Notes: a model not told the origin generated them from the letters alone. Shown: positions 50,045 through 60,502, numbered from the stretch's first letter. The stretch: DNA of 64,000 bases from Marinobacterium sp. (GCA_018623095.1 JAAZVX010000001.1:7725-71724); one strand, 5' to 3'. A program made the numbers and translations.

Positions 50045-50139
50045 TTAGGCTACCAAAGTGGCAATTCATTAATGGTTAATGTTGCTAGTTTATCACCCCT
50101 TTGAATAAGGCCCAAAAGCTGATTTGATTCAATTGTTTG

Positions 50140-50148
50140 TGTTATGAT
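50140..50148 (+). promoter_or_regulatory. candidate extended -10 promoter of gyrA
   Basis: TG-T-TATGAT about 60 bp upstream of the start codon. Confidence 0.45.
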
Positions 50149-50209
50149 GTGGACTTTATTTTTGCACCGGGTGGCGGTGCGAACAGAAGACTAAAAGGAA
50201 CGCCAGATA

Positions 50210-52861
50210 ATGGGTGACCTAACCAAAGAAGTTCTTCCGGTTAATATCGAAGACGAACTGAAGCAATCCTACCTAGATTACGCTATGAGCGTGATCGTCG
50301 GCCGTGCACTCCCTGATGCTCGTGACGGCCTTAAACCGGTTCACCGTCGCGTGCTGTTTGCGATGAATGAGCTAGGCAATGATTGGAACAAACCCTACAA
50401 AAAATCTGCTCGTGTGGTCGGTGATGTAATCGGTAAATACCACCCTCACGGCGACAGCGCGGTTTACGACACGATCGTTCGTATGGCGCAAGACTTCTCT
50501 ATGCGTTACATGCTGGTGGATGGTCAGGGTAACTTTGGTTCGGTTGATGGTGACTCTGCTGCGGCAATGCGTTACACCGAGATACGAATGAAGAAGATTT
50601 CACATGAACTTCTTTCGGATCTGGATAAAGAGACCGTTGATTACGTTGACAACTACGACGGTACTGAGAAAATTCCTGCGGTTCTTCCAACGCGCGTACC
50701 CAACCTGTTAGTGAATGGCTCGGCCGGTATCGCGGTAGGTATGGCAACGAACATTCCTCCTCACAACTTGGGTGAAGTGGTTCGTGGTTGTCTAGCACTG
50801 ATTGAAAATCCAGATATCACCATTGATGAGCTGCTTGAGTTCATTCCGGGGCCAGACTTCCCAACGGGCGGGATCATCAATGGCCGTGCCGGCATTCTGC
50901 AAGCGTACCGTACAGGCCGTGGTCGTATCTATGTGCGAGCAAAACACCATGTGGAAGATCACCCTAAAAACGGTCGTCCGATGCTGGTCATCACCGAGAT
51001 CCCATACCAGCTCAACAAAGCTCGTTTGATCGAAAAGATCGCAGATCTTGTTAAAGAGAAAAAGATCGAGGGCATCAGCGAGCTGCGTGACGAGTCTGAC
51101 AAAGATGGTATGCGTATTGTCATTGAGCTGCGTCGCGGTGAAGTGCCAGATGTCATCATCAATAACCTATTTGCCCAGACATCGCTGCAGAGCGTGTTTG
51201 GTATCAATATGGTCGCCCTCGTTGATGGTCAGCCACGTCTGTTGGATCTTAAGAGCGCGCTTGAGTGTTTCGTTCGCCACCGTCGTGAAGTGGTGACACG
51301 CCGTACTGTCTACTTACTTCGTAAAGCACGTGAACGTGGCCACATCTTGGAAGGTTTGGCGATAGCACTGGCAAATATCGATCCAGTTATTGAATTGATT
51401 AAGAAATCTCCAACCCCTGCAGAGGCAAAAGAGGCACTGATCGCGACTGCTTGGGCACCGGGTCAAGTGTTGGATATGCTCGAGCGTGCAGGTGAAGATG
51501 CTTGTCGTCCTGAAGGCCTAGAAGCTCAGTATGGTCTGCGTGATAACAGCTACTACCTATCACCTGCTCAAGCGCAAGCGATTCTTGAGTTGCGCCTACA
51601 CCGTCTAACCGGTCTAGAGCACGAAAAACTGATCGAAGAGTACCGCGATCTCATTGAGCGCATCGCGGAGCTACTGGAGATTCTTGGTTCTCACGTCCGT
51701 TTGATGGAAGTGATCACTGAAGAGCTGAATCAGCTTGTAGCTGAGTATGATGATGAACGACGCACTGAGATTACAGCGTCCTCGCACGATTTGACCATCG
51801 CAGACCTGATCACTGAAGAGGAGATGGTCGTCACTATCTCTCACGGTGGTTATGCGAAGACTCAACCGCTTGAGGCCTACCAAGCTCAGCGTCGCGGCGG
51901 TAAAGGTAAGTCGGCGACAGCAATGAAAGACGAGGACTTCGTTGAGCATCTGCTAGTGACGAACAGTCACGACACGATCCTATGTTTTACTAACTTCGGT
52001 AAGGTCTACTGGTTGCGTGTGTTTGAGATTCCTCAGGCAAGCCGTACGGCTCGTGGCCGACCTATGGTTAATATTTTGCCGTTGGCTGAGGGTGAGCGCA
52101 TCAGCACGATTCTCCCCGTTAAAGAGTTTGATGAAGAGCGTTGCATCTTCATGGCGACCGCTAATGGTACGGTTAAGAAGACTCGTCTGTCGGCCTTCTC
52201 ACGCCCACGCAGCACGGGACTAATTGCTTTAGACATCGTTGAGGGGGATCGTCTAATCGGTGCATCACTTACCAGCGGTAACGACGATGTCATGCTAGTG
52301 ACCTCTGCAGGTAAGGCGATTCGATTCAACGAGACTGATGTTCGTGAGATGGGTCGTACCGCTCGCGGTGTTCGTGGTGTTAAGTTGGATGATGTCGCTA
52401 AAGTCATCTCATTGATGGTGCCTCAAGAGGGTGGTCAGGTGTTGACGGCCTCTGAGAAGGGTTATGGCAAAAAGACAGCGATCTCAGAGTTCCCAATTCG
52501 TGGTCGCGGCGGCATGGGTGTTATTGCCATGCAGTGCACTGATCGTAACGGAGCATTGGCTGGTGCTGTTCAGGTATTCGATGGCGATGACATCATGCTG
52601 ATCAGTGATCTCGGTACCATGGTTCGTACTCGTACTTCAGAGATCTCATCGCTTGGTCGAAACACCCAGGGTGTTCGCCTAATTCGTGTTGCGGATGACG
52701 AGACTCTTATCGGTCTTGCACGAATCGAAGAGCCTGAAGAGGACGAAGAGAGTGCTGAGAGTTCTGATGTGACTGAAGAGAGTAATTCAACTGGAGCTAC
52801 CGCGTCAGAAGAGAGTCCGCAAGAGGAGTCTGATGATTCCGAAGGCAGTGAAGAAGAGTAA
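50210..52861 (+). CDS. gyrA: DNA gyrase subunit A
   Basis: [10 protein letters not shown], catalytic AAMRYTE, GyrA-box QRRGGKG, acidic C-terminal tail. Confidence 0.98.
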   Translation: MGDLTKEVLPVNIEDELKQSYLDYAMSVIVGRALPDARDGLKPVHRRVLFAMNELGNDWNKPYKKSARVVGDVIGKYHPHGDSAVYDTIVRMAQDFSMRYMLVDGQGNFGSVDGDSAAAMRYTEIRMKKISHELLSDLDKETVDYVDNYDGTEKIPAVLPTRVPNLLVNGSAGIAVGMATNIPPHNLGEVVRGCLALIENPDITIDELLEFIPGPDFPTGGIINGRAGILQAYRTGRGRIYVRAKHHVEDHPKNGRPMLVITEIPYQLNKARLIEKIADLVKEKKIEGISELRDESDKDGMRIVIELRRGEVPDVIINNLFAQTSLQSVFGINMVALVDGQPRLLDLKSALECFVRHRREVVTRRTVYLLRKARERGHILEGLAIALANIDPVIELIKKSPTPAEAKEALIATAWAPGQVLDMLERAGEDACRPEGLEAQYGLRDNSYYLSPAQAQAILELRLHRLTGLEHEKLIEEYRDLIERIAELLEILGSHVRLMEVITEELNQLVAEYDDERRTEITASSHDLTIADLITEEEMVVTISHGGYAKTQPLEAYQAQRRGGKGKSATAMKDEDFVEHLLVTNSHDTILCFTNFGKVYWLRVFEIPQASRTARGRPMVNILPLAEGERISTILPVKEFDEERCIFMATANGTVKKTRLSAFSRPRSTGLIALDIVEGDRLIGASLTSGNDDVMLVTSAGKAIRFNETDVREMGRTARGVRGVKLDDVAKVISLMVPQEGGQVLTASEKGYGKKTAISEFPIRGRGGMGVIAMQCTDRNGALAGAVQVFDGDDIMLISDLGTMVRTRTSEISSLGRNTQGVRLIRVADDETLIGLARIEEPEEDEESAESSDVTEESNSTGATASEESPQEESDDSEGSEEE

Positions 52862-52884
52862 TTGAGGCTCGGAACCCCTACGAC

Positions 52885-53964
52885 ATGAATCGTCTATTTA
52901 ACTTCAGCGCTGGACCTGCAGCGCTGCCAACTGAAGTACTGGAAATCGCCCAATCTGAAATGCTGGATTGGCATGCCAAAGGCCTCTCTATTATGGAGAT
53001 GAGCCATCGAAGCGCTGAGTTTGTGAGCGTGGCTGAAGGTGCAGAGCAGGATCTGCGTGAACTGATGAACATCGGTGACGACTACGCCGTTATGTTCCTT
53101 CAAGGGGGCGCAACCAGTCAGTTTGGTATGGTGCCCATGAACCTTTCACAAGGTGGCAAGGTCTCATACATTAATACGGGTGTTTGGTCTAAAAAGGCGA
53201 TCAAAGAGGCACAGCGTTTTGCCGATGTCTCTATCGCTGCATCGACAGAATCATCAAGCTTTAGTGAAGCACCTTTGCAGTCAGATCTCACTATTGAGCC
53301 GACGGCTAAGTACCTTCATTACACCACCAACGAAACCATTGGTGGGGTTCAATTTGACTACATTCCTGATGCGGGTAATGTGCCACTGGTTGCCGACATG
53401 TCGTCAGACATCTTATCGGCGCCGATCGATGTCTCTCGTTTTGGGTTGATCTATGCAGGAGCGCAGAAGAACATCGGTCCTGCCGGATTAACGGTTGTCA
53501 TCGCACGTAAAGATCTATTAGGAAACCCATTAAGCTCAGCGCCGACTATGTATGATTATGCTGTTCATGCGGCCAATGGTTCGATGCACAACACACCACC
53601 GACACTGGCTTGGTATCTATCGGGACTGGTGTTTCAGTGGATTAAGCGCCAAGGTGGATTGTCGGCAATGGCGGAATTGAATCATCGCAAAGCCTCTAAG
53701 CTCTATGCGGCTATTGATGGAAGTGACTTTTTTGCCAACCCAGTTGCTGTTCGCAACCGTTCCATTATGAATGTTCCCTTTACGTTGGCTGACTCCGCTC
53801 TGGACAAGGCATTCTTGGCTGAATCTGAAGAGGCGGGATTGTTGAATCTTAAAGGGCATCGCTCTGTCGGTGGTATGCGCGCAAGTATCTATAACGCCGT
53901 TCCTGAACAAGCGGTGGATGCTCTGATCGACTTTATGGCTGATTTCGAGAAGCGTCGAGGCTAA
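52885..53964 (+). CDS. serC: 3-phosphoserine/phosphohydroxythreonine aminotransferase
   Basis: FNFSAGPAALP, NETIGG, DMSS, GAQKNIGPAG, HRSVGGMRAS. Confidence 0.97.
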   Translation: MNRLFNFSAGPAALPTEVLEIAQSEMLDWHAKGLSIMEMSHRSAEFVSVAEGAEQDLRELMNIGDDYAVMFLQGGATSQFGMVPMNLSQGGKVSYINTGVWSKKAIKEAQRFADVSIAASTESSSFSEAPLQSDLTIEPTAKYLHYTTNETIGGVQFDYIPDAGNVPLVADMSSDILSAPIDVSRFGLIYAGAQKNIGPAGLTVVIARKDLLGNPLSSAPTMYDYAVHAANGSMHNTPPTLAWYLSGLVFQWIKRQGGLSAMAELNHRKASKLYAAIDGSDFFANPVAVRNRSIMNVPFTLADSALDKAFLAESEEAGLLNLKGHRSVGGMRASIYNAVPEQAVDALIDFMADFEKRRG

Positions 53965-53966
53965 TA

Positions 53967-54737
53967 ATGGGTCAGCAGAATCTCTATCAAGGGTTGACTC
54001 AAGATGAGGCACTGGCACAGGTGCGTGATGAGATCGATCAGATTGATCAAGAGATTCATTCCCTGTTAAATAAACGTGCTGAGTGCGCTCAGCGAGTCGC
54101 TGATATTAAGCACAGTTTTGGTGCTGACTCCCCCATTTTCTATCGACCTGAACGTGAGGCGCAGGTGCTTCGCAAAGCGATGCAGCGTAATGAGGGGCCG
54201 CTTCCTGATCAAGAAATTGCCCGTCTCTTCAGAGAGGTGATGTCAGTCTGTTTGGCGCATGAGCACAGAATGAATGTTGGTTTCATTCAAAGCCCAGGAT
54301 TGGATGCTGAGCAAGCCGCTCTTAAACAGTTTGGCCATTCAGTAGAGCCTATTGCGTTTCCTAAGGCGACTGAAGCGCTGCTAAGCCTTGCAGAAGAGGG
54401 GTTGCACTACGCGGTTATCTCCGTGAATTCACTCTCTGAGGTCTTGTCTCTTCTGATCACTCATCAGCTTAATGTGGTCGGTGAAGTGAATGTGCATGGC
54501 GATGAAGCCTATTTGGTACTGGGGCATCAAGCGGTTTCCGCTTCCGGAAATGATAAAACAGCTGTGATTATTGAAGGGTCTGAATCAACGGTAGCTGACT
54601 ATTCTCGTGCCCTTAGTGATGGAAACCTAACCTATTTAGAGCTTGATGGCGCAGTGTCGGTTGATGGCGTTCAATCTCTGGTTGGACCTGAGCTCAATTT
54701 TCACTACCTGGGACTCTTTCCCAAAGCGGTTTTTTAG
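53967..54737 (+). CDS. pheA: PheA-derived protein: intact chorismate mutase with an internally deleted, degenerate prephenate dehydratase/ACT region
   Basis: AroQ domain RDEIDQID..RA..K..YRPEREAQVL is intact. The PDT part is only about 160 aa and lacks the PxENS and TRF motifs. C-terminal LGxFPKAV is retained. Confidence 0.85.
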   Translation: MGQQNLYQGLTQDEALAQVRDEIDQIDQEIHSLLNKRAECAQRVADIKHSFGADSPIFYRPEREAQVLRKAMQRNEGPLPDQEIARLFREVMSVCLAHEHRMNVGFIQSPGLDAEQAALKQFGHSVEPIAFPKATEALLSLAEEGLHYAVISVNSLSEVLSLLITHQLNVVGEVNVHGDEAYLVLGHQAVSASGNDKTAVIIEGSESTVADYSRALSDGNLTYLELDGAVSVDGVQSLVGPELNFHYLGLFPKAVF

Positions 54738-54748
54738 GGAATTTAATT

Positions 54749-55849
54749 GTGACTATTGATCAAAAAACATTCGCAGTGTCGGGTGTTCAAAAGTTGACAC
54801 CTTACCAACCCGGTAAACCGATTGAAGAATTAGAGCGTGAACTGGGTATCAGTGAGTCGATTAAGCTTGCTAGTAATGAAAATCCCTTGGGCCCAAGCCC
54901 TATCGCCCTTAAAGCCGCTACCGACAGCTTGCAAGATGCGACACTCTATCCTGATGCGTCTGGCACCGAGCTCAAGCGTAGATTAAACACTGAATATGGT
55001 CTGGCAGAAGATCGTTTGACCTTGGGTAACGGATCAAATGACCTGTTGGAGTTGATCGCCAGAGTATTTGTGCGCCCCGAAGATGAGGTGATTTACTCGG
55101 AGTTCGCCTTCATCGTTTATCCGCTGGTGGCTCAAGCCTGTTGTGCGGTGTCGGTGGTAACTCCTGCGAAAGAGTATGGTCACGATTTGGATGCTATGGC
55201 TAATGCGATCACTGATAAGACGCGCCTTATCTTCCTAGCCAACCCCAACAACCCGACCGGAACAGTCTTCTCAGACGATCAGTTTCGCGCGTTTATGGCT
55301 CGTGTTCCTGAGCAGGTCATGGTGATTCTAGATGAGGCTTACACTGAGTATTTGACGGCTCAAAACATGCCAAACGGACTGCAGCTGGCTGATGAGTTCG
55401 ATAACTTAATCGTCACGCGAACCTTCTCTAAGGCTTGGGGCTTAGCTGGCCTTCGTTGCGGTTTCGCTTATGCTTCGGTAGCAGTAACCGATCTTCTTAA
55501 TCGTGTTCGCCAGCCCTTCAATGTCAGTTTGCCCGCTTTAGCGGCGGCACAGGCGGTACTGTCCGACTCTGAATACCTCAAGCGCAGCCAAGAGGTTAAC
55601 CAGCAGGGTCTTGAACAGATGTACGAAGGGCTTACTCAACTGGGTGTTTCGTTTGTACCAAGTCAGGGTAATTTTGTGCTGATCGACTTGGGACAGCCAG
55701 CCATGCCGATCTACCAGTCGATGCTATTGATGGGGGTTATTACTCGTCCAGTCGGTAACTACGGCCTCCCGAACCATCTAAGAGTCAGTATCGGCCTTGC
55801 TCATGAAAATGAGCGTTTCTTAAAAGCCTTAGCGGAGGCGATCGCTTAA
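54749..55849 (+). CDS. hisC: histidinol-phosphate / aromatic aminotransferase
   Basis: YQPGKPIEEL, KLASNENP, GNGSND, ANPNNPTG, DEAY, RTFSKAWGLAGLR. Confidence 0.95.
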   Translation: MTIDQKTFAVSGVQKLTPYQPGKPIEELERELGISESIKLASNENPLGPSPIALKAATDSLQDATLYPDASGTELKRRLNTEYGLAEDRLTLGNGSNDLLELIARVFVRPEDEVIYSEFAFIVYPLVAQACCAVSVVTPAKEYGHDLDAMANAITDKTRLIFLANPNNPTGTVFSDDQFRAFMARVPEQVMVILDEAYTEYLTAQNMPNGLQLADEFDNLIVTRTFSKAWGLAGLRCGFAYASVAVTDLLNRVRQPFNVSLPALAAAQAVLSDSEYLKRSQEVNQQGLEQMYEGLTQLGVSFVPSQGNFVLIDLGQPAMPIYQSMLLMGVITRPVGNYGLPNHLRVSIGLAHENERFLKALAEAIA

Positions 55850-58059
55850 TGGCGTTCAAAGCTGAACGTGTTTTAGTCGTCGGACTGGGTCTGATTGGCG
55901 GCTCTTTTGCACGTGCAGCAAAAGAGTTGGTCAGCGTTAAGCAGGTGGTTGGCTTTGATCTCAACGAGGAAGAGTGTGATCTGGCGGTTGCTCTTAACGT
56001 GGTCGATCGTATCGCAACCGATCTAGAGGTGGCGGTCAAAGAGTCTGATCTAATTCTATTAGCCGTTCCCGTCAAAGCGATAGAGAGAGTGATGCAACAG
56101 ATCGCTCCATGGCTAAAGCCTGAAGCGATACTAACCGACGTTGGCAGTACCAAACTCAATATCCTTCAGGCAGCAAAAGGTATTTGGCCTGAAGGACTAC
56201 CAGCTGGGTTTATACCTGGCCACCCAATAGCGGGTGCTGAGAAGAGCGGTGTCTCGGCATCGCAGGCGGATCTTTTTAATCATAAAAAAGTTATTTTGAC
56301 GCCCCCCGAGGGAGCCTCTGATCAGGCTACATTGACGTTGGCTCGTGTCTGGCAGTCGATTGGTGCTGAAGTGGTTCAAATGGAACCTAAGCGCCATGAT
56401 CAGGTATTAGCGGCAACCAGTCATCTACCTCATCTATTAGCCTTCTCGCTAGTCGATACGCTCGCGGCGGAGGCAGAGAGTACTGATATATTTCGCTATG
56501 CGGCGGGCGGTTTTAGAGACTTCACCCGCATTGCGGCAAGTGATCCAACCATGTGGCATGACGTCTGTTTCGCCAATCGTGAACAGCTGTTAGAGCAGAT
56601 TGATCGCTTTATGGCGGGCGTACAAGATTTAAGATCAGCCGTCGATCAGGGCGATAGCCAGAGTCTGTTGGGGATTTTTACTCGAGCTAAGGCATCTCGT
56701 GAGCATTTCTCATTGGTACTAGAGCGTGCTGGGTATGCGGAGCTCAGGGGCGACGCCATTGATACTCTTGTTTCATCTCCAACGGCTACTTTGAACGGTG
56801 AATTGCGAGTGCCCGGTGATCGCTCTATCTCGCAACGTGCCATCATGTTAGCGGCTATTGCTGAGGGTGTGTCTGAAATTGATGGCCTGATTGAGAGTGA
56901 AGATACTCTAGCAACCATTCAAATTTTTCGTGATATGGGCGTGGTAATAGAGGGACCGCACCAGGGGCGCGTTAGGGTATTTGGTGTCGGCCTAAACGGG
57001 CTGCAAGCCCCGTCTGCGCCTCTCTATTTTGGTAGTTCGATGACCTCATTGCGAATGTTGTTAGGTCTTCTGTCCGCTCAGTCTTTTGATGTGACGTTAA
57101 CCGGCAGTGAGCTGCTGTCTAAGATCACTTTACAGGAGATTATTGACCCTCTTACTCAGATGGGCGCTTCCATTGAGAGTAATAAAGGATCGCTTCCGAT
57201 CACTATCAAGGGCGGCCAAACCTTTAAGTCCATCACCTATGCGCCGAGTCATGCCAGTGCTCAGATAAAAGGCGCATTGCTGCTGGCAGCCATGACTGCG
57301 GGCATTGAGTTAGAGGTCTATGAACCCAACACTACGCGTGATCATACTGAGCGACTGTTGGCTGCCTTCGGGGTTCAGTTGGATAGAGAGGGACGTCGAC
57401 TGTTTATCGAGTCAGGTGTTTCGCTAACAGCCTGTTCAGTTCAAGTGCCCGCCGATCTGAGTTTTGCTTTTGCGTTTGCGGTAGGGGCTCTTTTGCAAAA
57501 AGAGTCCAATTTGATTATCGATAATGTCAGTGCTAATCCCACTCGTTTGCACTCGTTGCGCCTGCTTGAACGCATGGGTGCGCAGATAACGCTGAATAAT
57601 AATCGCCATGCTGGTGGTGAGCCAGTTGCTGATCTCAAGGTGAAAGCGTCGGAGCTATTGGGTATTGAGTGCCTATCATCGGAGTTGGTCTCGGTTGGAG
57701 ATGATCTTCCGCTTCTGTTGTTGGCGATGGTATCTGCTCAGAGTGAATCGACTATTTTAGGAATCGATCGAATTCCTGAGCGACAAAGGGCCCTATTTAA
57801 GACGACGGTTGATGAATTAATAAAAGCCGGTGCCGACATCTCAATGTCACAGAGTGATGTCACTATTTCGCCGGTTTCGCAGTGGCACTCGTGTGAGTTA
57901 GAGGCCGCAGAACACCCTGCACTGGCGTTAGCTCTGCTGATGTTAAGTTTACGTTTTGATCAGCCCATTCGAATTAACGGATGTCGAGCGATCATTACCG
58001 CCTTTCCTGAACTGATTGATCAGGCGCGAAGGGTCGGTATTAAATTGATTGAGGAGTAG
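55849..58059 (+). CDS. TyrA-AroA fusion: intact prephenate dehydrogenase plus degenerate EPSP synthase domain
   Basis: TyrA motifs are intact (GLGLIGGS, GHPIAGAEKSG, SHLPH, GGFRDFTRIAASDP). The AroA scaffold is recognisable but catalytic motifs are altered (PGDRS, GSSMT, SKITL, EHP). Confidence 0.88.
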   Translation: MAFKAERVLVVGLGLIGGSFARAAKELVSVKQVVGFDLNEEECDLAVALNVVDRIATDLEVAVKESDLILLAVPVKAIERVMQQIAPWLKPEAILTDVGSTKLNILQAAKGIWPEGLPAGFIPGHPIAGAEKSGVSASQADLFNHKKVILTPPEGASDQATLTLARVWQSIGAEVVQMEPKRHDQVLAATSHLPHLLAFSLVDTLAAEAESTDIFRYAAGGFRDFTRIAASDPTMWHDVCFANREQLLEQIDRFMAGVQDLRSAVDQGDSQSLLGIFTRAKASREHFSLVLERAGYAELRGDAIDTLVSSPTATLNGELRVPGDRSISQRAIMLAAIAEGVSEIDGLIESEDTLATIQIFRDMGVVIEGPHQGRVRVFGVGLNGLQAPSAPLYFGSSMTSLRMLLGLLSAQSFDVTLTGSELLSKITLQEIIDPLTQMGASIESNKGSLPITIKGGQTFKSITYAPSHASAQIKGALLLAAMTAGIELEVYEPNTTRDHTERLLAAFGVQLDREGRRLFIESGVSLTACSVQVPADLSFAFAFAVGALLQKESNLIIDNVSANPTRLHSLRLLERMGAQITLNNNRHAGGEPVADLKVKASELLGIECLSSELVSVGDDLPLLLLAMVSAQSESTILGIDRIPERQRALFKTTVDELIKAGADISMSQSDVTISPVSQWHSCELEAAEHPALALALLMLSLRFDQPIRINGCRAIITAFPELIDQARRVGIKLIEE

Positions 58060-58062
58060 TGG

Positions 58063-58764
58063 ATGGATCCACTCAATAGTGAAAATTCATGTCCTATTAT
58101 TACCGTTGATGGGCCAAGCGGTTCGGGTAAAGGCACTATCTGTCGTTTACTTTCTCAAGAGCTAGGTTGGAGCTTGTTGGACAGCGGTGCTCTTTACCGT
58201 CTTACGGCGTTAGCTGCGATACACCATGGTGTCGATCTTAATGATGAAGAGGCGCTTCAGGTTTTGGCTGAGCATCTCGATGTGCGCTTTGTCGCGTCAG
58301 AACAGGACGATGAAGTGGTCATTTTGCTCGAAGGTGAAGAGGTGACTCATGCCATTCGAGCTGAGCAGGTTGGTAACGATGCATCCAAAGTGGCTGCTAT
58401 TTCGTCAGTCCGCTCTGCTCTGTTAAATCGCCAGCGCGATTTTGCGCAGTTACCCGGGTTAGTTGCTGATGGCAGAGATATGGGGACTGTCGTATTTCCA
58501 AAGGCACCTTTGAAGATCTATCTAGATGCTTCCGCTGAAGTTCGAGCCGATCGTCGTTATAAGCAGTTGATAGATAAGGGACTGAGTGCTAGCCTTGAAA
58601 TAATATTAGAAGATATTCGTGCACGAGATGATCGTGATATGAACCGTTCGGTTGCGCCGCTTCGACCAGCCGATGATGCCGTTATTCTTGATAGTACTTC
58701 TATGTCTATCGAAGAAGTTTTGAGAACTGTGCTTGAACAAGCACGCCACAAAGGGTTGCGTTAG
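58063..58764 (+). CDS. cmk: cytidylate kinase
   Basis: [34 protein letters not shown]. Confidence 0.97.
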   Translation: MDPLNSENSCPIITVDGPSGSGKGTICRLLSQELGWSLLDSGALYRLTALAAIHHGVDLNDEEALQVLAEHLDVRFVASEQDDEVVILLEGEEVTHAIRAEQVGNDASKVAAISSVRSALLNRQRDFAQLPGLVADGRDMGTVVFPKAPLKIYLDASAEVRADRRYKQLIDKGLSASLEIILEDIRARDDRDMNRSVAPLRPADDAVILDSTSMSIEEVLRTVLEQARHKGLR

Positions 58765-58789
58765 CGCCCCGTAAACTGAGGCTTAGACC

Positions 58790-60469
58790 ATGAGCGAAAG
58801 CTTTGCAGATCTGTTTGAAGAGAGTCTTGAACAGGTCAACATGAAACCAGGTTCCATCATTACTGGAACCGTAGTAGGTATTGAAAACGATTTTGTTGTT
58901 GTTACAGCAGGTCTTAAGTCAGATGGGGTCATTCCTATCGATCAGTTTAAAAATGCTGCAGGTGAACTAGAGGTCGCTGTCGGTGATGAGGTGCAAGTGG
59001 CACTTGAATCATTGGAAGATGGTTTCGGTGAAACCAAGTTATCTCGTGAGCGTGCGAAACGTGCAGAGGCATGGGCGGTTCTTGCAAAAGCTTACGAAGC
59101 TGGCGAAACAGTGACCGGTCGTATCAGTGGTCGTGTTCGAGGTGGTCTAACGGTCATGGTAAATGGCATAAACGCCTTCTTACCAGGTTCTTTGGTGGAT
59201 ACACGCCCACTGCGCGACACTAGTCATCTTGATGATCAAGACCTAGAGCTTAAAATCGTTAAGCTCGATGAGAAAAGTAACAACATTGTTGTGTCACGTC
59301 GTGCCATTCTTGAAGAGGCGAACAGCGAAGAGCGTGAGAAGCTGCTTGAACAGATGGAAGAGGGTGCAACCTTTAAAGGCGTTGTTAAGAACCTTACCGA
59401 TTACGGTGCTTTCATCGATCTAGGTGGTATCGATGGTCTCCTTCATATTACTGATATCTCTTGGAAACGTATCAAACACCCAAGCGAAATGCTGACTGTG
59501 GGTGATGAGATCGACGTTAAAGTTCTTCGCTACGATCAAGAGCGTAAGCGCGTATCCCTAGGCATGAAGCAGCTAGCGGCTGATCCATGGACGACAGCAA
59601 TCGAGAACTATTCAGTTGGTCAACGCGTTATGGCTAAGGTGACTAAGCTTGCTGACTACGGCTGTTTTGCTCAAATTGGTGAGGGTGTTGAAGGTCTAGT
59701 CCATGTCTCTGAAATGGATTGGACAAATCGCAACATTCATCCATCTAAGGTGGTTCAGGTTGGTGATGAAGTTGAAGTTCAGATTCTAGACATTGATCAA
59801 CAACGTCGTCGTATCTCGCTGGGTATCAAACAGTGTCGCGAAAACCCATGGAATGCTTTTGCATCTTCAACGAACAAGGGTGACAAAGTGTCTGGTACTG
59901 TCCGCTCAATCACAGACTTCGGTATCTTCATCGGTTTAGAGGGTGGTGTTGATGGTCTTGTGCATCTGTCTGATATCTCTTGGGATGAGCCAGGTGAAGA
60001 GGCTGTTAAGCGTTTCAATAAAGGCGATATCGTGGAAGCGGTCATCCAACAAGTGGATGCTGAGCGCGAACGTATCTCTTTAAGCATTAAAGCACTGGCC
60101 TCTGATCCATTCAGTAGCTTTGTAGAAGCGAACGGTAAGGGTTCAAAAGTTTCCGGTACAGTTGTCGCAGTGGATGCTCGTCAGGCTGAAATTGAAGTGG
60201 CTGATGGTCTGAACGCTATTTTGAAAGTGGCTGAGTTTGCCCGTGAGCGAACTGAAGATCTCTCGGCAGAGCTCTCTGTAGGTGACAGCGTTGAAGCGAT
60301 TGTGATCAATGTTGATCGTCGTAATCGTTCGATCTTCTTGTCAATCAAAGCGATTGAAGCCAAAGAGCAGCAAGAGGCACTTAAAGCGGTTCAGTCAGCT
60401 CCAAGCGATATGGATGCAGGCGCAACAACCATTGGTGATCTCATCAAAGAGCAGATGGGTAAAAAATAG
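58790..60469 (+). CDS. rpsA: 30S ribosomal protein S1, copy B (canonical cmk-rpsA-ihfB locus)
   Basis: [12 protein letters not shown], six S1 repeats, 559 aa, intact ORF; only 25 nt downstream of cmk. Confidence 0.96.
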   Translation: MSESFADLFEESLEQVNMKPGSIITGTVVGIENDFVVVTAGLKSDGVIPIDQFKNAAGELEVAVGDEVQVALESLEDGFGETKLSRERAKRAEAWAVLAKAYEAGETVTGRISGRVRGGLTVMVNGINAFLPGSLVDTRPLRDTSHLDDQDLELKIVKLDEKSNNIVVSRRAILEEANSEEREKLLEQMEEGATFKGVVKNLTDYGAFIDLGGIDGLLHITDISWKRIKHPSEMLTVGDEIDVKVLRYDQERKRVSLGMKQLAADPWTTAIENYSVGQRVMAKVTKLADYGCFAQIGEGVEGLVHVSEMDWTNRNIHPSKVVQVGDEVEVQILDIDQQRRRISLGIKQCRENPWNAFASSTNKGDKVSGTVRSITDFGIFIGLEGGVDGLVHLSDISWDEPGEEAVKRFNKGDIVEAVIQQVDAERERISLSIKALASDPFSSFVEANGKGSKVSGTVVAVDARQAEIEVADGLNAILKVAEFARERTEDLSAELSVGDSVEAIVINVDRRNRSIFLSIKAIEAKEQQEALKAVQSAPSDMDAGATTIGDLIKEQMGKK

Positions 60470-60476
60470 TGATTGA

Positions 60477-60502
60477 AAACAGGGTGACCTTTCACCCTGT
60501 TT
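60477..60502. terminator. stem-loop between rpsA copy B and ihfB
   Basis: aaacagggtga-cctt-tcaccctgttt. Confidence 0.7.

Noticed and set aside
50441-50470. Quinolone-resistance substitution in GyrA
   Set aside because: Ser83 (AGC, 50456) and Asp87 (GAC, 50468) are wild type.
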